NCBI RefSeq assembly: GCF_964355755.1
Contig: NC_092674.1
Coordinates: forward strand, 11,036,001 to 11,100,000
Origin: Antedon mediterranea
Taxonomy: Eukaryota; Animalia; Echinodermata
Reading direction: 5' to 3'
Length of the DNA stretch: 64,000 bases
In this document: in pieces, positions 1 to 13,449 of the stretch
How positions within the stretch are numbered: the first letter of the stretch is position 1
Layout of the letters: every line of letters begins with the position of its first letter
The notes under the pieces: model-generated
Databases searched by the model: none
The model's input: the letters and a program-made list of their open reading frames with translations, nothing else
What the model was told of the DNA's origin: nothing
Position numbers and translations under genes: made by a program

Positions 1-400
1 AAAAACGTTTTAAAATGGGAAATTGTTATGTACAATTCACAACCATTATCCATAGCACTTAGGGGATAAGTGGATACATTCATTTTTAGGATAATCAGAA
101 CTATTGATAAAGGCTGTATGCTAAAGGTGAAATTAATTTGCGCTATATTTAATAATTTGTGTTGTAAAATATAATGTGATTGAGTGCTTTTACAAACTTA
201 TTTCATTTAAAGTAATTATTGCTCAATAGCTTTTTTTTCATCTTTTAAATAACTTTATATCTTCTTTCTTTCTCTATTATTTATTTGTTTTCTTGTTGAA
301 ATATCTATCAATGCATTTAACATCAAAATTGCAAAGAGAAGAATTTTTTATTTGATTTAACCATGCATAACTAACATCATGCAACAGACCAATCGCTTAC

Positions 401-424
401 CACAAAACTTGACAGGTGACTTTT
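401..424 (-). CDS. Predicted 24-nt microexon B of JIP3/4 gene (encodes [E]KSPVKFC[G])
   Basis: Minus strand ttatttgttag|AAAAGTCACCTGTCAAGTTTTGTG|gtaagc; phase 1-1, no stop; paralogous to 506..529; TGCATG twice downstream. Confidence 0.6.
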
Positions 425-505
425 CTAACAAATAACAAAATGGGATGAGAGACTGTTAGAAATGAGATTTACCATAGATCATGCAACTATTGTCCAATAG
501 CTTAC

Positions 506-529
506 CATAAAAGTTGTCAGGTGACTTGA
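506..529 (-). CDS. Predicted 24-nt microexon A of JIP3/4 gene (encodes [V]KSPDNFY[G])
   Basis: Long pyrimidine tract then gtcag|TCAAGTCACCTGACAACTTTTATG|gtaagc; phase 1-1; resembles the VRDDFFG segment recalled from vertebrate JIP3. Confidence 0.7.
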
Positions 530-2618
530 CTGACACAAGACAGAAAGTAGTAGGAAAGAGAGAGAAATAATAAAGGTAAAGATCACCAAAATATACTATA
601 GACATTCATACAATCACCAACTTTGTCAAAGATTGCAAAAACATTTCCCAAAAAATATGCCACAAAATATAATATTAAAAAATCGGGGATGAAAAGAACG
701 AGACATTTTTAATAAAATCTTCTTTAAAGTTATCTTCAGGTTACTTTCCTCTGTTTGCATTTCATGAATCGTTTTCAAGGTATTACAACTTACACCAATG
801 TAATTCAACAATACCAGTGCTCATGTCCGTTGTTGGTGCAGAGCGGTGGAACATTTTAATGATACAGAAAACAAAAGCCCTTTAAAAGTGAAAATGAAAT
901 TGTATAAAACATACCAGGAAACAACCAATAAAAACAATAATCATTTTTACCATATGATGAAATTTCACAGTCATCTGTTGTCAACACATATAAACAAAAA
1001 CAAGAATTATGATACCAAATTGTATGTATTGTTTAAATAAATAAACACAAAAAACCCATTGTCTTATTTTATATCATGATTCATTATATATGCCGCCTAC
1101 AAATTTATTTTGTCACCAAATTGACATTGTCACCAAAGTTATTATTTGACCTTTGACCAAATGATACTTCATGCTGTTTTTTGTTTGTATACTTGTTTAT
1201 TTTCGTCGAAATAAATGTTTTATTAAATTTTTTCTAAAAAAGTAGAGATGATTGACACATTTTTCAATTCAATAGAAGCCCATCCTCATTAGCACACTGT
1301 AGATCTGGTATATCAAGATCTAATAGAACCATTGATGGACTGAACTGGTATGTATTCTATGGATGGGCACTGATGATTCCCTTATTTACAGGTATATAAT
1401 ATACCTATCATAGAAGACCATTTTAAACAGTTTTGAATGAATGACGGCGAAGATGAAAAAACACAATACACCACATTTTGTAAAAGATGATGAAAAACAC
1501 AAAAGGAATATAAGGAGAGATGAAGAAAAAAAGTTGAGGAAAAAAAATTCACTGTTTATAACCAAAAAATAAATAACAATGAAAATTGACTGAAATACCA
1601 CTTTCAATGCATATTAAATCATAATATTATAAAAAAAAATTAAACAATAATCCAAAACTATATAAACTACAAAACCATGCTTTCCTATTTAACCAGATTC
1701 AAATTATTATGGACTTATAAAAGTATTAAAAGGTTCTACACAACTTAGATTTAAACATTATGGTTGAATTTAAACCAATGAATACAATATCTCTTTCCAT
1801 ACTGAATTATTGCCTACATCTGACATTTTAGTCAATGTTTATGAATATGAGTCACATCATTTTTTTTAAACAAATTAAAAATTGTTAGTGTATTATATTA
1901 TTATTTTTAAGATTGCAGGTATGAAACTAGCTTATTTTAAATATCTATAGATCTGAATGGCGGACATACCGTAGTTGTTTTATGCCAACTTAATTTTTAT
2001 TATTAATTTTTTCATTCCTTTAAAGCAATTATTAATTTGTTTTGGTATGCATTTTTATTTTTTTCCCTCACAAAACACCTAAAAATATTAAAATAGCAGA
2101 ATATAACAACAAAAAAGGACAACAAATATTATTTTCCTGTATATTCTGCATTTTAAGGTCAGGATAGGAGTGGCAATGGATATCCTTATTACAAGAGGTA
2201 TCATTAATATATAAATGACAATCTATTTATAGCTATTTCAGCTAAAAGTAAACAGCATTTGTTTATCTTTATTTGTATTACTATTCATTATCTATTTAAT
2301 TTATTTTTAAAAATTGTATTTGTTTTACTACAAAAATTTTTTAAGGGTTTTTTAAACGCTTAAAATTGTTTTTTAAAGATTTGATCATAGTTATTTAAAA
2401 ATGAATAACACATCTCTAATTTAATATTTTCAATGACATAGATTTGGTCTTAATTTAAATAAATGATTTTGCTATGTTAGAACTTAATATTTTATAACCA
2501 TCTATAATTTTATCAAGATCATTCATTCAATATTTTTGTTAAGAGATTAGTAGAAACCCTGTAAAAAACATGAACAAGTTCCTACTAAAACATGCATAAC
2601 ACAGAGATTGGTACCAAC

Positions 2619-2636
2619 CGGAAAACTCAGCAGGGT
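2619..2636 (-). CDS. Predicted 18-nt microexon of JIP3/4 gene (encodes [D]PAEFS[G])
   Basis: About 40-nt C/T tract then gctag|ACCCTGCTGAGTTTTCCG|gttggt; phase 1-1; resembles GEFS recalled from vertebrate JIP3; TGCATG about 22 nt downstream. Confidence 0.65.
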
Positions 2637-2799
2637 CTAGCGTCCAATGAGGAGAAAACAGAGGGAAAAGAGAAGACAGGAGAAATAAGTCTAAAAGCTA
2701 AACACACATTAACAGCCAACGACCTGGTTGTGGCTATTTGATAGGTCAAAGTTTATACTCTACATTTCAACAATATTAGCCAACAAGAGACATCTTTTT

Positions 2800-2900
2800 A
2801 GGGGACACCCTTATTAAGGGGGAACCCCTATTAAGGGGACATCCTTATTAAGGGGACACCCTTATTAAGGGGACACCCTATTAAGGAGACACCCCTATTA
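2800..2900. repeat. Short tandem repeat, 17-18 bp unit GGGGACACCC(T)TATTAA, about 6 copies
   Basis: Visible direct repeats. Confidence 0.85.
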
Positions 2901-3590
2901 AAAGCACACTTAAATGAATATGGGACCATATTTGCAGAGGGGACCATATTTGCGCAGGGGATACTGTTTGGTCCTAAAGCACGGTTTATGTGATCAATCA
3001 AAACACAAGCAATTGTAAACTCAAACTTGGTTGGTGTTGTAAATAACGAAAAAGCTTGGCATTGAAAATTGGAGCAGGCTTCATTTTAACGAGTCTAGTA
3101 GTAAACACAAACAATCTAATTAAACCTTTTGTAATTGACTGTAACTAGGTCAACTGCAGTTGCTGTTAGATATGCCGCATTTTAGCTTTGTTAAATACAG
3201 ACGTTCTAGATACAGGCCTTAGCTAAAATCTCCCAGGAGTGTAATATATATTTAGCATTAAGAGTTTTACCAACTCTGGGGTCTTCAATTATTAAATAGG
3301 CGTGCATGATAAGTTAAAAAATCTCACTTGATTTGTTGACAAGCAGGATACAAGAACCATGATGGCAGAGATCTTTTTAAATAGCACCCTCTATGTTTGG
3401 GTATAGTTTTTATAAATGTTAGCCCCATCTATGCTTTGGCCATGCTTATATTAAATCTCTTAATAGTTTTATTTTCAAGTTGGAACCTCTGATCTAACTG
3501 ATGTAACTATAATACTCGGCAAACATTCAAATAGTGCTGTATAGATTCCAACAACACTGCATTTATTATTGGTTATTGCATAGTATTTAA

Positions 3591-4406
3591 TAACAGTAAC
3601 ACCCTGTCTAGTGTTTAGTAACAGTAACACCCTGTCTAGTGTTTAGTAACAGTAACACCCTGTCTAGTGTTTAGTAACAGTAACACCCTGTCTAGTGTTT
3701 AGTAACAGTAACACCCTGTCTAGTGTTTAGTGACAGTAACACCCTGTCTAGTGTTTAGTAACAGTAACACCCTGTCTAGTGTTTAGTGACAGTAACACCC
3801 TGTCTAGTGTTTAGTAACAGTAACAACTTGTCTAGTGTTTAGTAACAGTAACACCCTGTCTAGTATTTAGTAACAGTAACACCCAGTCTAGTGTTTAGTA
3901 ACAGTAAGACCCTGTCTAGTGTTTAGTAACAGTAACACCCTGTCTAGTGTTTAATGACAGTAACACCCTGTCTAGTGTTTAGTAACAGTAACACCCTGTC
4001 TAGTGTTTAGTAACAGTAACACCCTGTCTAGTGTTTAGTAACAGTAACACCCTGTCTAGTGTTTAGTAACAGTAACACCCTGTCTAGTGTTTAGTAACAG
4101 TAACACCCTGTCTAGTGTTTAGTAACAGTAACACCCTGTCTAGTGTTTAGTAACAGTAAGAACCTGTCTAGTGTTTAGTAACAGTAAGAACCTGTCTAGT
4201 GTTTAGTAACAGTAACACCCTGTCTAGTGTTTAGTAACAGTAACACCCTGTCTAGTGTTTAGTAACAGTAAGACCCTGTCTAGTGTTTAGTAACAGTAAC
4301 ACCCTTTCTAGTGTTTAGTAACAGTAACACCCTGTCTAGTGTTTAGTAACAGTAACACCCTGTCTAGTGTTTAGTAACAGTAAGAACCTGTCTAGTGTTT
4401 AGTAAC
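3591..4406. repeat. Minisatellite, 28-bp unit GTTTAGTAACAGTAACACCCTGTCTAGT, about 29 copies
   Basis: Near-identical head-to-tail units without spacers. Confidence 0.97.
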
Positions 4407-4461
4407 ACTGCATGAAACAAACACTTATTATAACATGAATGAGTGATTCTATGTTACTTAC

Positions 4462-4544
4462 CTGTTATATTGGCGCCATCATCCATTTCACCTAAAATGT
4501 CATGATCCAACTCCATATACAGAGAGTTATTAGTGTCAACATCA
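4462..4544 (-). CDS. JIP3/4 coding exon 7 (SDVDTNNSLYMELDHDILGEMDDGANITG)
   Basis: T-rich tract tag| ... |gtaagt; phase 2 to 1; similar to JIP3/4 SLFEEL...[12 protein letters not shown] upstream of leucine zipper II. Confidence 0.88.
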
Positions 4545-6492
4545 CTAAAAGAAAAAAAAAACATCACAAAATAAAAAGTAGTGTAAATGAAATTTAAAAA
4601 ATGGTATACTTCAGTATATTGCATACACACATGCATTGGAGGATTTAATTGGAGGATTTAATTGGAGGATTTAACTGGAGGATTGTTGTCACATGATATT
4701 CAATATATACTCCACTGAACTCTTAAACCAAGAGTAGCAAGAGTAACTTTGGTGTATGTGCAATTTTGTTATGTGACCCATTCTTGTTACACAGTGATCA
4801 ACCATAACGCGTGACACAAGGTTGGAATGTACAGTACCGTGTATTCTTGGGGAGAAGAGTAATTGAGAAAAGCCAACCATTGTTATCGTTAAGTTGAATA
4901 AAGGTTTCAAAATATAGTTTGAATTTATTATTATTATCATAGTGATATTCCACAGGTATCTTGCAGATTTGATCATATTTCCCGATTCATATTCATTAAT
5001 TTTCAGAATTATTGCTGGACATTAGAGTAGAGCTCTTTGTTTTTGTTTGTACATTTAAAATTAGCCTATATATGCTAACTTTGCAATAGAAAGATTTGTA
5101 TCTCTTTTTATTTGATTATTTGTATCTTTAAAAAAATATAGAACAAAATATGGATAAATAGTAATCACTTTATAAATAGTAAAAAGTATGATGTTTTATT
5201 TATGTTATATAGACATGTTATTGATGACCGACGACTGAATAATATTATAGAAATGTGTTTTATGTAGGGCTAAAAATATTGTCATTAAAAAAAATAAATT
5301 ATACCATAAAAATTTCACATTTCCCAGTTTCTGTTTCATGCCAATTACAGTAGAAATACTTTGGTGTAAAGGTCAAAATAATTATTAGCAGAGTCAAAAT
5401 AACAACCAGATGGGAACAAACAGAATACAGATGTATATTAAAAACTGTATTATTTTAGGCAAATTGTCAATTTTTAACCAGTTAATTCTTATCTTATCTT
5501 CATTAAAATTACAGAAGTAATTGGAACACTTTTCAACGATAACGAATGAGAGGAAATAAATATATTAACACTAAAAAATTGTATCATAAAATCTAAACAC
5601 CTTAGCATTACAACAAATAGGATTGGCGACCCTAAGTTGTTAACATAGTACTGTAAACATGATGGCCTTTTGTATTGACGTAAAACAAGTTAACAGCATG
5701 TTTCAGCACACTATGTACAATCTAAAAATACATATTGAGATGTGTATTGCCTAAGGAAAATGAATGGCGTGTCATTTGTACATACTGTCATGAGGAACGG
5801 AATGAGTTCATTTAATTCATGTTTTTTACCTGCTTTTATTTCGTAACATATTTAAAACAAAACATAAGCCTATAATATATCATCTGGGAATTGTGATGTC
5901 AGTACTCAATCTTGATCCGACGATAATTTTCAATATTAATAGGAATTTCAGTCAAAAATGTTGGATCACATCTCACACATTTCAACAGACATCAACGATG
6001 ATGCTTTCTTTAAAATAATTTGTTTTCAATGATTATAATTTACAGTATTACATTAAAAAACCTAATAAAAATATTTTTTTAAATACTGTTCAAATCAACA
6101 GGCACAGAATAAATTCTAAACCACCTGATATATTGGAATTAATTTGAAATAATAAAAATGAGGAAATGTTTTTTTAGTTATTTTAAATTTGTTTTTTTCT
6201 TTTTTTAAATGTCTTTTAAAACTTGTATTATAATGCTATATCTTATCTTTAAATGTATTTTAAGTAATATTTCACAATCAGTTGATTTAATAAATGTGTG
6301 TGTTATTATTTATTATTTTGTTCCTGGGCTTATTAATTTTGTATTTGTTTGGTTTTGATGAATACACAGTTTTAATGAACATGTTTATCAATGTCAGTGT
6401 AGTTTCAATTAATTATTATTATTAATGGCAATGACATCAATTAACAACAATGACCTTAAAAAATCAACCAATATGGACCAATCTCTACTAAC

Positions 6493-6613
6493 CTGAAGCC
6501 TGATAGTAGTTCCCCTGAAGTTGTTGCTATTGGTTGCCTTACATCTTTTAGTTCTGGAGTGCTTTCAAATACTTCAGCCAACTGTGGACTCATCTCTACA
6601 TCTGGTGTCATTT
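6493..6613 (-). CDS. JIP3/4 coding exon 6 (EMTPDVEMSPQLAEVFESTPELKD...)
   Basis: tatag| ... |gttagt; phase 1 to 2 matches neighbours; ESTPEL motif as in JIP3/4. Confidence 0.82.
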
Positions 6614-7073
6614 CTATACATAAAGCATCAGATTCAGTTATCAAGAAATAACGGTAATAGAAAAATGACCTCATTGGAAACTTGTACCTCTGTTGTATCT
6701 CTGTAAATGGTTAGTTTTAAATTCTAGTACAAACTTTTGGAAAAGTGTCTGAAAAATCATTCCTCAAAATATGATGCAAATGGAGAAGACGCTATGAAGT
6801 TGACCTAAGGTCAATGGCAGTCAATCGAATAACAATTAACCGATAAAAGATCAATAATTTCAACACAAAAATGTTACTTTGTGACCACCATCAAACCAGT
6901 TACTTATTTGTCCTGTTTCTGTTGGAAATTTAATCACATCTTTAACCAATTATTTGCTCATAGAAAAAACAGACTTGGGACAAATTCTATATACTGTAGT
7001 TCCAGCTATAAAGATATTGGTCGGAATAAATAATGGTAAATCATTACATTAAGCACAGTTTTTCACAACTAAC

Positions 7074-7342
7074 CAGTCTCCTTATTGCTCGTGGTAACAG
7101 ATGCTTGTGTTTCTGTGGCTTTTTGTTCAATGGATGATGTACTAACACTTCTTGATCTTGTAACTGGTGCATTTCCAATTTCCAACTGTAGATTTGAATC
7201 GTTTGGTATCTCCTTTGATAGGAATGTTTTTTGTGGTGCGTCCGGTGTTGGGAGACTGTCCTGGATAACATTGCTGTCTTTGATTGGAGTTGGTGGTTCC
7301 TGGTTGTAATATGGCGGAGAATGCGCTCTGGGAATATGTAAT
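7074..7342 (-). CDS. JIP3/4 coding exon 5, Pro/Ser/Thr-rich (LHIPRAHSPPYYNQEPPTP...SNKET)
   Basis: ctag| ... |gttagt; open in the frame required by phase 2 entry and phase 1 exit (a different frame from the listed 123-aa ORF). Confidence 0.75.
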
Positions 7343-7969
7343 CTAGTTTATTATCCGGAACACGGAAAAAGAGAGAAAAAAAATGCATGTGCAAATGAAA
7401 TGGGTGCGACAACATTGATACAATGCATGAAAATGTACATCTTTACAAAGTCACAACAACAATACTTATTGACAAAAAAGACAGTGTTGATGTGTTAATG
7501 ATCATGTTACCATTAAATGTTAATTTATTAATTAAATGTTGTTGTTATTAATTTAGAAGAACTGTTACAGTTAAGCAAATGAAAATAATCAAACGACAGG
7601 TTGCTCTCCGAATATAATAAATTAGTGCTGCAAGTGTTTTAAAATTATTTCCATATTGTGTAAACAAGATCTTTCCATATGTCCCAGAATCATCTGCAGT
7701 ATACCTAGTCATGCATGAACACCACAGATCAATACAGATCTACAATGACTTTGAATCGTGTCTAAAACAGGTGCCATTAAAAACGTTTTTTTTGCTATTC
7801 CACTTTATACTAGGATATATGGGATAGGAAAATGTCTACCACTATTTTATTGCACCCTAGTGCATGTACTTAAGAGAAGAATTGTTGTGTTGGTTCATCC
7901 AACATTGAGTATTTGTCCACAAGAAAAACAAAGATTTATGATCCTAACATGATCTATGATACCAGGACA

Positions 7970-8400
7970 GATACACCTCTTGCAAAAGATACACCTCTTG
8001 CAAAATATGCAACTCTTGCAAAATATGCAACTCTTGCGAAAGATGCAACGCTTGCAAAAGATGCAACTCTTGCAAAAGATGCAACTCTAACAAGTAACAT
8101 AAATGCAACTCTTGTAAAAGATACACCTCTTGCAAAATATGCAACTCTTGCAAAATATGCAACTCTTGCGAAAAATGCAACGCTTGCAAAAGATGCAACG
8201 CTTGCAAAAGATGCAACGCTTGCGAAAGATACATCGCTTGCAAAAGATGCAACGCTTACAAAAGATGCAACTCTTGCAAAAGATGTAACTCTTGAAAAAG
8301 ATGCTACTCTAGCATAAGTGCAACTCTTGTAAAAGATGCAATTCTTGCAAAAACTGAGATGTAACTCTTACAAAAGATGCAATTCTTGCAAAACATACAA
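7970..8400. repeat. Minisatellite, 18-bp unit GCAACTCTTGCAAAAGAT
   Basis: Visible tandem array; explains the repetitive TLAKDA ORF. Confidence 0.93.
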
Positions 8401-11214
8401 CTCTTTGGACATTTCCAGTTTGAAAATTTTAGTAAGAGCTTGTCATGCAAAAGAGGGCTGTAAGATAGCAATAGCTTGAGAATCTGATGTATAACTGTGT
8501 CCTTGTTGGCAAACTCCTTATAGTCCAAAATAAGCAATCCCCTTTTTTTTTGCAATTAAGGTCATTTCTTCCCTTGCCTACAATACAAGCTTCTTAGATC
8601 AAACAGTTTGATTTCTATCAAAATGAAGTCAACAAGATTTGAGTATTCGTGTTGCAGCAAAAACCTACAGTACATAGTATTGGTAATCTTGGATGCCTTT
8701 GACATTACAAAGCCCTGGCTAACAAACTTCATCTCATCAGCGATAAGCTGCTAGTCTATTGCATTAATCACATTGTACAGATAGCATATTCAAGATTAGT
8801 CAAAGATTATTGATAGAGCATTTCAATCGTTGCCAATGTATTGTATTACATTACATAACTATAAATGTTATTCTAAAGAATATTAAATGTTTCACGACCA
8901 ATATCCTTAATAATATATAATTACATCCATCTTACAATTCTGCAAAATCCTCTAATTCTGTAAAATATAGTAAACTTAAAAAACTATAATTGTTTTGATT
9001 AAAGTGAAAATGCAATATCTAGGTAAAAATCCCAAACAAGGTAAAAGTTGGGATTCTATTTTTATAGTTTACATTATATGCAAGATAAAAACAACAATAA
9101 AGTTAATATTGCCTGCTACGATATTTGTTAACCCAACGAAGCGTGTCCTCTACAGTCAAAATTCATTTTGTAAAACAGAAAATTTGCATATTTTGCTGAG
9201 ATCCCTTTTACACAGTAAATGGTAAATTACTGTAATATTACTTTCTCTGTGGAGGGATCTACCAACAATAACACTGGCTTGCTTACTACAATATTGTAGC
9301 AATTTCTAGGTGAATAGGACTTATGACACTTACACAGACTTTATCTAAAAATAGATCAACCTTTTCAATAATTCTCAAGAAGACTAGTTTAGATAATACT
9401 TCATCTTTCAATGGTTTAGTCTTTTGCTTCGATAAACAACTTCTAAGATGTCTAATTAGTTTGTAGACAAATCAATCAGTTGCCATGGTAATACTGATGC
9501 CAATGTTGAAATATTGTTAACATTTATTTGAACACTTTGAACATCCTTTGATTAATGTTACACAAGAACACAAGAAATTAATTGCAGTATATTATTCCTG
9601 ATTCTTCAGCAAAACCAATCAAACAATTAATGCTGCATCTCTCATAATAGATTCTTATAATTCAACTTAACACTGTAAACGATCATTTTTCTAAGTCGAT
9701 CCAAATCTGGCCAAACATTTTACCATTAAAAGGATCTTACTCAACAACTAAAACTACATAAGAGATATTTCTTGGTCGTTAATGATACATTTACCAATTT
9801 CCCATGTTGTGATTATTCAAAGTATTTGAACATATAAAGCACATTTAAGGAGAAGCAACACAAGCTGATCACCAAAATCCCATTTAAAATAAAAACGACA
9901 TTTAAAGCCTAAATCGCACTGGACTAAAATTTCAAAAGATTTTACCAAGTTCTTGATTAATGTTAAAAGAAGCAAAATCTTTTGATTACCGTTTACGAAT
10001 CTTTTATTGTGGCCAAGGTTTACTAGGACATATCACCTGATTGTGTTCCACATCAAAATGTACCATGCAAGTTTAACTGTTCACAATTAATGTTGCAGCT
10101 TGGTTAAACTAGCTTAGTTAGTTTCCAGAGCAGATCTCACTTCCAATACAGACCTACTTTTGTAAAATTGCAAAGAGGATTCTGAAAGTGTTGTGGGAGG
10201 TTTTTTTGTTGACATTGAAAAATTACTTATTGTTATTTTCACTCAAAGAAGTCCAATGCGATTAGGGCTTTAAATCAATGAAAGCCTATCCCAGAAACAG
10301 AGTGTGGGAGCACACTCAGTAAGAGCCAAAATGTAGCAGGACACCTCATATACAGTAGTGAAATGGCTTCGGACAGTGTTACCATTGTTAGTGCCAAGTT
10401 CCATTTTCATAGATGATGTATTAAGTACATCTACTACTACAGACACATTTTTTTAACACTGGTGTAAATGTAGAAAATCAGCATTATTATTCAAACTAAA
10501 GCAAAGTGATTAAAACAAATATGAAAAACAAGATAAAATTGCAATGATATTAGGTGATGGTTACAACAAACCAAAGAATATAACTTGGCAAGCAAACAAA
10601 AGATAAGAAATCTGAAAGAAATAAAAATTAGTGAGACAAGTTAGAAGCGGGAGATGGTATATTAAGAAAATAATTAAAGGGATGGTGTTGATCGATTTGG
10701 TAACAGGGGGTGGAGGAAGGGTAGATGGGTGAGGGGAAGGTAGAAGTGGGGAAAGGGAAAAAGGATACTGTAGATGGGTAGAAGTCAGAAAAGGTATATT
10801 ACATTAAAGAATATGTGATTCTAAATGAATTATTTTCAAGCATATTAATATGTACATTAGTAATAATATAGTATAATAATTAATATTATACAGTAGGTTA
10901 AAGCATGCTTTATTAACATTACATTCCTTAATATAGATATTTCAACAACAGTCTGATACAAAGCGCTAACAGTGCGAATTAATATGGTATGGTGGTGCTG
11001 ACCACAGGGTTAGTCAAAGGTCATAAAGTAGCCAGGTTGAAACTTCACCAACCGTACTGGTGGCTACGACCCTGTATAAATACATTATTCTGAGAAGAAT
11101 CCCTCATTTCACTGACAATGACATGTAAACTAAATATTTACTAATCTTTTGACGATCACTATTTTAAACACCATCACTGCTATCTCTGATCAATCTACAT
11201 CCTCCATCATTAAC

Positions 11215-12245
11215 ATTTTAAATGAATATTCATTATCATTACTGATGATAGGCATCTAAACCATGTCATTGGCTACCTCTATTTAATGAATTTATCACTT
11301 CATCATCATTAAAAATACATAAATGAATATTCATTTTTACTACTGATAACCATTCGAAACATAGTCAATTGCTGTGTGTTTAATAAACGCATCGCTTCAT
11401 CATCATTAACATAAGTGAATATTCATTTTTACTACTGATAACCATTCAAAACATAGTCAATTGCTGTGTGTTTAATAAATGCATCGCTTCATCATCATTA
11501 ACATAAATGAATATTCATTTTTACTACTGATAACCATTCAAAACAGTCAATTGCTGTGTGTTTAATAAACGCATCACTTAATCATCATTAACATGAATGA
11601 ATATTCATTTTTATTACTGATAACCATTCAAAACATAGTCAATTGCTGTGTGTTTAATAAACGCATCACTTAATCATCATTAACATGAATGAATATTCAT
11701 TTTTATTACTGATAACCATTCAAAACATAGTCAATTGCTGTGTGTTTAATAAATGCATCACTTCATCATCATTAACATAAATGAATATTCATTTTTACTA
11801 CTGATAACCATTCGAAACATAGTCAATTGCTGTGTGTTTAATAAACGCATCACTTCATCATCATTAACATGAATGAATATTCATTTTTATTACTGATAAA
11901 CCATTCAAAACATAGTCAATTGCTGTGTGTTTAATAAATGCATCGCTTCATCATCATTAACATAAATGAATATTCATTTTTACTACTGATAACCATTCAA
12001 AACATAGTCAATTGCTGTGTGTTTAATAAACGCATCACTTCATCATCATTAACATAAATGAATATTCATTTTTACTACTGATAACCATTCAAAACATAGT
12101 CAATTGCTGTGTGTTAATAAATGCATCGCTTCATCATCATTAACATAAATGAATATTCATTATCCTTACTGATTGATAACCATTCTAAACGTTGTCATTG
12201 GTTATCTCTATTTTATAAATTTATCCCTTCATCATTAAATGAATA
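11215..12245. repeat. Tandem repeat, about 92-bp unit, about 9 well-conserved copies plus degenerate flanking copies
   Basis: Recurring ATGAATATTCATTTTTACTACTGATAACCATTC...CATCATCATTAACAT. Confidence 0.93.
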
Positions 12246-12998
12246 ATTATTATCAGTACTTTATTACAATACTATACTAATAATTATTACTGTAACCATT
12301 ATAAGTCCCTAATTATAAAGTCAAATAACTGCCTCATCATTATTAACATAATGAATATTCATACTAGATTGCCAATCCTTCCAACAGGTAGAAAAATTGT
12401 AAATTATTGATATTATTTAATAATGCTTTTCACTTATTCAATTTAGTTATCTCTTTTAAAATATTTCAGTGACAAAAATTCTACAAATATCTCAACATCT
12501 CTCTCGTCTACATTTTAAATAATTAAATTAATGCCTGTTGTAACAATTACTATGTACTCATAAATTTCTATTTCTCAGAATTAAATGCCTGAATTTAATA
12601 ATATTGATGGCAAAATAATTATTAGTAATATTTTGACATATTAACTCCCTCAATCAATATACATAGGTTAAATATTACTAAGAATATTAACAGGGGATGG
12701 TCTCAACATTTGAGATAGTTAGATTTAAATTCATTGTAATTAAAGCATGAATGGAATGTAGTCCTTTGTTAAACTAATCAAGGATGTAACAGATAACTAA
12801 TTGTGATCTATTGTAGAATTGTTTACTATAGTATTCAATTGTCATAAAAAAATAAAAACATATTTATTTTAAACAAGATTTGTTACTAAAACTGAATAAT
12901 GTTGACTCATTGTACCCAGCATTACTGTATGTAAAGAAAATTCATTTATGGAGAATATACAATTAATAATCTTAAAGTTTAATATTAATTATTATTAT

Positions 12999-13173
12999 CA
13001 GGGAAAAATTTCATTTTAAAATTTTGTTTAGCAATATTGCGAATCAAACTGATTTTTTAGTCGAGAATCATAGTTTTCTATCGTATTTTTTGCTACACAA
13101 TTGTAGAAATGTGTAGCAAGAAGGTTGTTTTGTATAGCTTTTTGCTATGCTACACTGGCGAAATTATTCCCTG
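12999..13173. mobile_element. 175-bp MITE, CAGGG termini, 5-bp TSD ATTAT (hAT5-like)
   Basis: CAGGGAA...TTCCCTG; second copy at 15221..15395 with a different 5-bp TSD. Confidence 0.85.
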
Positions 13174-13345
13174 ATTATTAATATTATTTTCTCATCAATG
13201 TGTCTAGATTATCCTAATGTTTGCTAATTAAATAGGCCCAGGAGGTTTGAATATGAGGGGATGGGGGAGAGCTGAGTATGTACAGTAGAGTCTGTAATCT
13301 AAATTGAATAGATCTAGGGACTATTTAGGGAACATCCCTTAATAA

Positions 13346-13449
13346 AGGCCAATTTACACAGACGAGTGGTAACGGTAAGCGGTAATTGTAAGCAAAAAAC
13401 CGCGTGGCTTTACCACTTACCATTACCGCTCGTCTGTGTAAATTGGCCT
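13346..13449. mobile_element. PIF/Harbinger-like MITE, TAA TSD
   Basis: TIR AGGCCAATTTACACAGACGAG / CTCGTCTGTGTAAATTGGCCT flanked by TAA. Confidence 0.85.

Noticed and set aside
786-850. Minus-strand gtaagt donor near 790 as a further microexon
   Set aside because: No convincing pyrimidine tract or acceptor giving a phase 1-1 exon
3591-4406. 28-bp repeats resembling a CRISPR array
   Set aside because: No unique spacers, no cas genes, eukaryotic intron
7913-8317. ORF of TLAKDA hexapeptide repeats (antifreeze or beta-helix-like)
   Set aside because: By-product of an 18-bp intronic minisatellite, open on both strands
10700-10790. G-rich purine tract, possible G-quadruplex
   Set aside because: Irregular low-complexity sequence with no supporting context
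11045-11075. Candidate small JIP exon after tttatacag
   Set aside because: No donor yields the required phase 2-2 length
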